Below are positions 53,250 through 60,569 of a stretch of 64,000 nt of DNA, piece by piece. The notes under the pieces are model-generated. The model worked only from the letters and a program-made list of their open reading frames with translations, was not told the origin of the DNA and ran no database searches. Within the stretch, counting starts at the first letter, position 1. Each line of letters starts with the position of its first letter. The DNA is taken from NCBI GenBank assembly GCA_965223295.1, contig CBDCWC010000003.1:320001-384000 (forward strand), read 5' to 3'. The stretch is from Nitrospirales bacterium. Its GTDB lineage: Bacteria > Nitrospirota > Nitrospiria > Nitrospirales > UBA8639. The position numbers were made by a program, and so were the translations under genes.

Positions 53250-53964
53250 TACTGAATCTTCTCCAACAGATGCACCAGCACCCCTCGTTTTGGTCGACAA
53301 CCTTCAACGATCCTTCACCATGGGACAACAAACCGTGCATGTCCTCAATGGCATCACGATGACTATTCAACGGGGAGAAATGGCCGCCATTATCGGCGCA
53401 TCCGGAGCAGGAAAAAGTACGCTGCTCCATATTCTGGGCACACTGGATCACCCGACCGAAGGAACGGTGTTGTTTGAAGGGAAAGACATGTTTCGGGTCA
53501 GCGAAACAGCGTTAGCCAATTTTCGCAATCAACGAATTGGATTTGTGTTTCAATTTCATCACCTGCTCCCAGAATTTACAGCCCTTGAAAACACCTATCT
53601 CCCTGCCTTGATTCAAAAAATACCTCAACAGACAGCCATGGAAGCCGCTGAAGCTCTTCTAGCGGAGGTGGGGTTATCTCATCGCTTACATCATAAACCC
53701 GGTGAACTATCAGGTGGGGAACAACAACGCGTGGCGGTGGCACGTGCGCTCATGAGACAACCCGACTTGGTCCTCGCCGACGAACCGACCGGAAATTTAG
53801 ACACGCATACCGGCGAGGAACTCTTCGAATTGTTACAAAAGTTAAATGAGACACACGGAACCGCGTTTATCATCGTGACCCACAATGAAAAACTCTCCCA
53901 GCAAACCCATCGCTTGATCCATCTCCAGGACGGCCAAATTCTCGAAGACCGCTACCGCTCTTGA
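53242..53964 (+). CDS. lolD: Lipoprotein-releasing ABC ATPase
   Basis: GASGAGKST, GFVFQFHHLL, LSGGEQQR, ADEPTGNLD; start overlaps the permease stop. Confidence 0.93.
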   Translation: MNNTESSPTDAPAPLVLVDNLQRSFTMGQQTVHVLNGITMTIQRGEMAAIIGASGAGKSTLLHILGTLDHPTEGTVLFEGKDMFRVSETALANFRNQRIGFVFQFHHLLPEFTALENTYLPALIQKIPQQTAMEAAEALLAEVGLSHRLHHKPGELSGGEQQRVAVARALMRQPDLVLADEPTGNLDTHTGEELFELLQKLNETHGTAFIIVTHNEKLSQQTHRLIHLQDGQILEDRYRS

Positions 53965-54026
53965 CTGAATCATATGCTTGAATGTAGCAATTCATAAAAT
54001 AACGCTCGATAGATGTCGGGCTCAGG

Positions 54027-54058
54027 TGTAAGCTTCCCCGTCAAGCGGACAGGCTAAA
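54027..54058 (+). mobile_element. Possible isolated IS terminal inverted repeat (IS3-like)
   Basis: TGTAAGCTTCCCCGTCAAGCGGACAGGCTAAA sits at the shift to AT-rich DNA. Family assignment is from recall only. Confidence 0.35.
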
Positions 54059-55097
54059 CTAATTAACTAACCTATGTTTTATTTTTTTTATCTTGTTTAT
54101 AGTATTTGGACCAAAGAGTTTACATATTAATAATAGTATTTTTTTATCTAAACCAGAATTAATAAACTTCGTAACAACATTAGCATCACAGAAGAATTCA
54201 ATTTCCCCAGTACTCCATACAAAAGCATCACCCTGGGTACATTTTTCTGTAAAACTTGGAAATATTTGTTTTTTGTTTCTAAAATGCTTTTCTAAAATTT
54301 CTCGATGGTCTATCATTCCTGAATATCTACAATCAAGGTTTTGTTCAAATAATATGCCTTTACCTCCAAGCATTGAAACCATCCCTCTTGAATAGTTGTC
54401 CACTTGCTCAATAGATAACTCTGGAAACGATAGCGTGTTGATTGCCAGGTCAAGTTTCATTGTCTTTGAAAAATCATCGAAATAATAGTTCGGTACAAAA
54501 CAGAAGTTTTTACTCTTTTGAGGCTGAGCCTTATCAAAAATGATAACTTCATCAAAAACTTTGTTTACATACAAATACACTGCTGAAAAAAGCATTGATT
54601 CAGGTAGATCACAAATACAATAATTTACAAATGGGAAGATTTGCTTGATATACCGCGCTACCCCCCCATACCCTGCACCAATTTCTAAAACATTAACTTC
54701 TTCTCCCTGCTTGTTTTTCTCTTCAATTTTCTCAAAAATTCCAGCTTTATACATTAAATAGATACGTTCAGAGGTGGCATAAAAATCATGACTAACGGGA
54801 AAACCATTTACTTCCCACCCAATTTCACCTAAAGACTTACTATTCTCTATTTGATAAACATCAGGAATATAGTTAATAATTTTATTATATTTGTTGAGCC
54901 ATTTTTTAGATTTAACAATATTCTTCCTAATAATTTCATCAATGTCATCTCCAATCGAATTAACTGATGATTTTCCGAATGCATTAGAAAATGACAAAAG
55001 TTGGTATCCAGAAAAGGCTTGAGAGAACAATCTTAACTTATCAATTGTCGATCTATTTCCATTAACGATCCTATAATATGCTTCGTAGAAATCATTA

Positions 55098-56481
55098 GAG
55101 CTATTGTCAAATCTGGTGTCTGGATGATTGATTACGCGGCGACGGGTTCCTGTATTTCTAGGCCATCGGTAAATTGAATGCCCTTGATCACTTGAGCCAA
55201 CTGTTTGAAGCCCCGGAGCCGTCGCCAGGTCTTCTCCGCACAGCGTCCCAACTTGAACATCATGTGTAACATCCCATCTCGCGTCAGACAGCCTTTGGTG
55301 CGCTTGGTTCGGTGGCGAATCGTGGCAAAGGTCGATTCAATGGGATTCGTGGTTCGTAGACTTTGCCAATGGGCTGCGGGAAACGCATAGAACGTTAGCA
55401 AGGCCTCCCGATCTTTCTCCAAACAGGCCGTGGCCTTCGGGTACTTGGCTTCATAGGTCGTCAGAAACACGTCGAAGGCTCGGATGGCATCGGCTTTGGT
55501 CTCCGCTTGCCAGATTTCGTGCAAGGCCTGTTTCGCTTTGGGCTGCACACTCTTGGGCAAGGCATTGAGGACATTCCGCGTCTTGTGCACCCAGCACCGT
55601 TGCTGCTGCGTGGTGGGATAAATTTCCTCCAAGGCGCCCCAGAAGCCCAAGGCCCCATCGCCAATGGCGACGCGGGGCGCCTTCATGCCACGGGCCTTTA
55701 GCTGGAGCAGCACTTCTCGCCAACTCTGCGTCGACTCCCGCACCCCATCTTCGATGGCTACCAGCTGTTTCTCGCCCGTGCTGGTCACCCCGATGACCAC
55801 CAGGGCGCAGAGCCGCTGCTGCTCAGCCCGGAGCCCACTGTAAATCCCATCCACCCAGAGATAGACCCACTCCTCTTTATCCAGCCGTTGCTGGCGCCAG
55901 GTGTGGTACTCCTCCCGCCAGGTTTGTTTGAGCCGTGCGACGGTACTCGCGGAGAGCCCTTGGGCCTCAGGGCCCACTAACGCTTCCAAGGCCGCCTGCA
56001 TCTCCCCTGTCGAGATCCCTTTCAAGTAGAGCCACGGAATTGCGGCATCCAGTGTGGCCGATTTCCGGACATACGGCGGCACCAACGCCGAGTGAAAGCT
56101 GATTGGTGCCCCCTGACGACTCCGCACCTTCGGCACTTTGACGGACACTGGCCCGAGGCCGGTTTGGATGTCTCGTTCCGGCTGATGCCCATTGCCGACG
56201 ACGATTGCTCGCCCTTGCTCATCCTGTTGATCCGCATAGTGAGCCAATAATTCGGCTCGCTCGGCCTCCAAGGCCTGGGCCAGAAGTTGCCGAGCCCCGG
56301 TTCGAAGCAACTCGGTTAACATATCCCGGCTCACTGGTTCTTCTGCTGGTACTTTGCTACGCTCTGGCATCGTGGCGTCTCTCCTTTTAGTGGTTGATCT
56401 GAGGATGTCTTGCAACACCCATTTCAACCCGAGACGCCGCGTCTTTTCAACTCACCCAAACACCACTTTCAATCTTAACTC
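55098..56481 (-). mobile_element. IS256-family insertion sequence (1384 bp)
   Basis: 9-bp TSD AAATCATTA (55089-55097 and 56482-56490); imperfect TIRs GAGCTATTGTCAAATCTGGTGT / GAGTTAAGATTGAAAGTGGTGT. Confidence 0.95.
55132..56370 (-). CDS. IS256-family transposase
   Basis: YLWVDG, IGDG, QRCWVH, RTTNPIES; ATG 56370 after AAGGAG; intact ORF. Confidence 0.96.
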   Translation of the reverse strand: MPERSKVPAEEPVSRDMLTELLRTGARQLLAQALEAERAELLAHYADQQDEQGRAIVVGNGHQPERDIQTGLGPVSVKVPKVRSRQGAPISFHSALVPPYVRKSATLDAAIPWLYLKGISTGEMQAALEALVGPEAQGLSASTVARLKQTWREEYHTWRQQRLDKEEWVYLWVDGIYSGLRAEQQRLCALVVIGVTSTGEKQLVAIEDGVRESTQSWREVLLQLKARGMKAPRVAIGDGALGFWGALEEIYPTTQQQRCWVHKTRNVLNALPKSVQPKAKQALHEIWQAETKADAIRAFDVFLTTYEAKYPKATACLEKDREALLTFYAFPAAHWQSLRTTNPIESTFATIRHRTKRTKGCLTRDGMLHMMFKLGRCAEKTWRRLRGFKQLAQVIKGIQFTDGLEIQEPVAA

Positions 56482-56692
56482 AAATCATTATCGGTATTAT
56501 TCATAGCCCAGTTATTAGCGGGGACATTTGTTCCTTTTAATTTCTCTCCACATCTCAATCTTTCTATTTTGGGAATTATCTCATTTTTTATATAGTCGTA
56601 CTCACCATCAGATATAGGCCTATTACTTGATGTATCAAATATACGAGCATTCATACTTATCGAATAAATAAGGGGCAAGGCGCTTTTTAAGA

Positions 56693-56880
56693 TGTAAAAT
56701 TCAAGACTTCATCTGACAGTCGGTGACTCTTACTCGGTGTCAGTTTTCTCATAGTGTCAATGATCTCCTAAGCGGCCACGTGCTTCTCTTTGGCAAGTGG
56801 CACATGAAATGTTTGTGTGGGCCTTTTCCCGTAACAACACCGACCCAACTCAACCAGGAGTGATCCACTTATCTGCGACC
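56693..56880 (-). mobile_element. IS481-family remnant (transposase 3' end and right end)
   Basis: Minus-strand GRCCYGKRPTQTFHVPLAKEKHVAA*, then CTGTCAGATGAAGTCTTGAATTTTACA; TGT..ACA termini are typical of IS481. Confidence 0.7.
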
Positions 56881-56914
56881 AATAAGTCGTTCAACAAAAC
56901 GGGGCCACCTCTGA

Positions 56915-57761
56915 TTCAAACCCTGCGCACCAGGTATTACTCGCTAAAACAAAAGCCCCATCGATCCTAAAATTGGATCTTTATCACTAAAGACCGTTAG
57001 AAAAGGCTTCTCAAAGGTCGTGAGTTGCTCAAAAGTCTCAGCGCATTCTTTTCTTTGTGTAGGCACTAAACGAGGGAACACTTTCGCACCTGCTTTGTAG
57101 GTATTGTCGGGAAAAGGTGCATCATAGGCACGAATGACCTCTCGACTTAGCTTGGTCGTGGTGGCCATATTGATAAGCTGCCCGATTTTCATTTCTGGGA
57201 TTACCTGAGAAAAAACATACCAGCCGCTAAAACCTACAAAGGTTTTTAGCATTGGCACGACCAAATCCTTCGCTGGTAAATTTTTATGTTTAGGGGGCTT
57301 ACCGGGCAAACCGGTGTTACCGGCTACAACTCGAGAAAACCAATCGGGATGTTTGGCGACGATTCTTAAACCAATGAGACCACCCCAATCCTGACAAAAT
57401 AAATTAATATTTTTTAAGGCTAAGGTTTCCATAAAGTTTTCCATAATATCCAAGTGGAACTGAAAACTGTAATCGCTCTGCTTTACAAACTTATCGGACT
57501 TACCAAAACCGATTAAGTCTGGCGCAATTGCACGAAAGCCTGCATCGGCAAAAATAGGAATCATTTTTCGATATAAATACGACCAACTGGGTTCGCCATG
57601 CAACATTAAAACGATCTCACCATCCTTGGGTCCTTCATCAACATAGTGCATACGCAGGCCATCGATATCTACGTATTGTTAGGCTGGAAGGGATAATCCT
57701 CTAGATTTTCGAAACGCTCTTCTGGAGTGCGAATGACTTCCTTATATGAATACGTAGCCAT
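56915..57761 (-). pseudogene. Haloalkane dehalogenase pseudogene
   Basis: RTPEERF..YPF, MHYVDEG, HGEPSWSY, QDWGG. Frameshift near 57677, in-frame TAG at 56944-56946, catalytic-His segment missing. Confidence 0.85.
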
Positions 57762-57886
57762 AAGCTTTCTTTTTAGCTCATGGAATCTTTTTAAAGACTC
57801 TTCCGCATCCAGTTTTCGTTACTGACACTACATGGAATCTTTTTAAAGATGGTTTTCACTGACACTACAACAGAAGATCCAGTCGA

Positions 57887-58294
57887 TTAGCTCATCGGCA
57901 AGGGTGCTTCGTCCATTAGATGTAATATGCCTCGAACAATACGATAAAGCACCCAAAGCCCCGTGAAAATAATAATCACGATTGCGACAGGGATGCCCAC
58001 AACGGTAACAAACATCAAACCCGCAAGCACAATGGCGAAAGCCGCATACCAGAACGTTGTTATCATCCAAGAGAAGTGAGACTCAAGATACGTACCTCTA
58101 GCGTCACCTCGCTTAGCGTAACTTAAAATAACCGCAATAATAGAAGGCCAGCCCGTGAGAAAAGCAGTCACCACAAAGGCCTGAGTCATGACACCAGTCA
58201 AGGCACTAAAGCCATGCAAGGCATAAATAATATAAGCCACGCCCACCAAACCCGCACTAGGGGCCCCATCAATAAACAACTGTTTATCTGGCAT
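57887..58294 (-). CDS. DUF4870-like small membrane protein
   Basis: 3-4 TM; IYAL, YAKRGDARGTYLESHF.W.ITTFW, YRIVRG pattern. Confidence 0.75.
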   Translation of the reverse strand: MPDKQLFIDGAPSAGLVGVAYIIYALHGFSALTGVMTQAFVVTAFLTGWPSIIAVILSYAKRGDARGTYLESHFSWMITTFWYAAFAIVLAGLMFVTVVGIPVAIVIIIFTGLWVLYRIVRGILHLMDEAPLPMS

Positions 58295-58621
58295 TTTACT
58301 TACTCCTGTTCTTTAAAGGTCGCCTAACTCACAGCAATTCTACGTGTCCTTTGGGGTAACTCACAATCATCAAAGCCGGCGCCAACCAAAAATCAGCTTG
58401 GTCGTCGCACTGTAGATCAATTAAGGCTCGTGGACGGCTCAGCTGAAGAGGCAGAGCAGTCAGACGGGAAGCAGCTTTTCGAAGTCCTGTTTGTTCGTCT
58501 TGTAATTTTCTTATTCTCCAAATCCTTGCAAACCGGATACAGCTTGAGCCAGTAAGTTTCTTCTGTAGGTGTTATATAGGTTACTGCACTGGTAGTCTTT
58601 GAGCTATACATTAATCTGTAT

Positions 58622-58639
58622 ATATACATTAATGTATAT
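58622..58639. promoter_or_regulatory. Palindromic operator of the TA operon
   Basis: Perfect 18-bp palindrome ATATACATTAATGTATAT ending 2 nt before the toxin ATG; imperfect copy at 58605-58622. Confidence 0.7.
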
Positions 58640-58641
58640 TA

Positions 58642-58914
58642 ATGTGGGTAGTTTATGAGAAGAGACCGGTCTTAAAAATTCTTGATCGGCTTCCTTCTGA
58701 TGTTTTATTAAAGTATGAAGCTTGGAAAAGGATCGTCGAGTTAGAGGGTCCGATAGGTCTTCGGTCTATTAAGGGGTTTCACGATGAAGCCTTAAAGGGG
58801 AATTGGAAAGGCTATCGATCATCCAGATTAGGCAAGAAATGGCGCGTGATTTACCATATTGCGAAAGGGCAACTCGAAGTGTACGTCGTTGAAGTCATGG
58901 CACACACGTATTAA
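58642..58914 (+). CDS. RelE-superfamily (HigB/YafQ-like) mRNA interferase toxin
   Basis: 90 aa, basic; EALKGNWKGYRSSRL..KWRVIY, C-terminal H-x-Y. Confidence 0.85.
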   Translation: MWVVYEKRPVLKILDRLPSDVLLKYEAWKRIVELEGPIGLRSIKGFHDEALKGNWKGYRSSRLGKKWRVIYHIAKGQLEVYVVEVMAHTY

Positions 58915-58929
58915 CCTGGGAGAATCCAT

Positions 58930-59196
58930 ATGGCGATGAATAAAAAGGAATTCGTGCGAGCCAAAGTGAATCGTAAGATTACACCTGGCGAAATGCTACG
59001 GACCCTAAGGGAATTACAAGAATTCACACAAAAAGAACTTGCGAGTGCAACAGGAATCTCGCAATCCAATATCTCGGCTATGGAAAATGATAGGAGTCAA
59101 ATAGGCCGAGAACGGGCTTTGGTCTTAGCGAATGTGCTCAAAGTTCATCCCGCTGTGATTCTTTTCCCCGACTTTGACATTGCCCAATTTGCCTAG
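58930..59196 (+). CDS. XRE-family HTH antitoxin (HigA-like)
   Basis: TPGEMLRTLRE..TQKELA..GISQSNIS.MEN; follows the toxin gene. Confidence 0.85.
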   Translation: MAMNKKEFVRAKVNRKITPGEMLRTLRELQEFTQKELASATGISQSNISAMENDRSQIGRERALVLANVLKVHPAVILFPDFDIAQFA

Positions 59197-59908
59197 GGCA
59201 AGAGCAAAAAGACCCCACAGTTCTTAAAGACCCCTAATCCCGCCGGGTTCACAAGCTTCCCTCTAGATTCCGGTTCAAGTTGTGAGTCGACTCTCCCTCT
59301 GTGCCCCGCGCCTACCCACATATACCACAATGCCCCCCGACGGGCCCAATCCAAGAACAATGAGCCGGTCAGCCCTCACTCACAGGAGATACGCCCGCCG
59401 GTCGCACAACCACATCTGGGGATGGAATCCCCGATGAAGTTTTTGGTCCTTGGCGATTCTCTCAAAAAGGCCGTCTAAAATTCCTATTCCCAAAAGGACC
59501 ACAGGACATTAGTCAGTTTGCTGGAGTTCGCATCACTGGAAATATTCCTTTTGGACCATCTTTGCTCTAGCTTCCTGTTCAATCGCTACTTAGTCTGTAT
59601 CTTTTTAGAAAAAAATTTATCTGAAATGATACAGGATGATTAGTCTTTTCCTGATTTTTACGAACGCATCCATCAAGACCCCGCCTACCTAAGATTAGTG
59701 CTCTCACTAGAAATTTCACCCCATGGACTTTAGATAGACCAAATCTAGGCGCTGATGCCTTAACGAGACTTTTTCCCTTTTGAATCTCAGCCTAGATCTT
59801 GTGATCCAACCTAGAATTTTCACCCATTCCTGATTTATATTGCAGCCTTTGGCCTAGGTGAAAGAATCCTACTCTTCTCCGCTCAGGAGTAAAAACAAGG
59901 AGGTTCCC

Positions 59909-60118
59909 ATGGCAACAGGTCCTTGTGATTTCTTCATCAATGCTGCACACCGCGGAAACCCTGCTACCGAGGTCTTCGATCTTGACGTAGATGCACTCAA
60001 AGGTGTCTCAACCGAGGACAAGCAGAACCTGAAAGACCCCTTTGGCGTGATGACTATTAACGATCTTGGCCGAAACCACTTCTCGCGCACAACCGTGCAA
60101 TCCTTGAAAATAGTGTAG
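59909..60118 (+). CDS. 69-aa hypothetical protein with HhH-like motif
   Basis: AAGGAGG RBS before ATG 59909; VDALKGVS..D..NL...FGV.TINDL. Confidence 0.6.
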   Translation: MATGPCDFFINAAHRGNPATEVFDLDVDALKGVSTEDKQNLKDPFGVMTINDLGRNHFSRTTVQSLKIV

Positions 60119-60569
60119 ACATCGGTCATAACCTAAGTTCTGTCGCGAGTACACCATCGATTTTTAAAAGCTCTGACCGATTGCTGGCATTCCAAGGTGA
60201 GGGCCAAAAACATTTTTGCAGGAGATTGATTGCCTCACACCAATATCTTTATCTGCCCTTCCTTGATTGTGCCCTTCACTTCAAAACCGGCTAATATTCA
60301 TTGAGTCCCATGCGCACAAAGAATGAATGCTTCGGTAAATCATCAAATACGTGCCATTTTATTTACAGAAAATAAAGCTTACATATCTAATAATATCGTG
60401 TTTGAAATAATGGCCATTGTTATATTTCAAAGAATCCGATACGGTGCACATGGACGTTCCAAGACGAGGCATTACCTTGGGCCAACACTTTCTTATTGGA
60501 TGTCTGAATAAAGAATTTTTATAGAAAGCATTATTCATTATCAAATTTCATCAAATTACGGAGGGGAAC

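Larger units (their letters stand above)
54059..56654 (-). pseudogene. AT-rich SAM-dependent (putative sugar O-) methyltransferase split by IS256
   Basis: EIGAGYGG, CDLPES, NTLSFPE motifs. Removing the IS and one TSD joins 56654-56482 to 55088-54059 in frame (400 aa). Confidence 0.85.

Noticed and set aside
59197-59500. Possible gene remnant in GC-richer DNA after the antitoxin
   Set aside because: No recognisable motif in the minus-strand frames I translated, which contain stops; cannot support a call.
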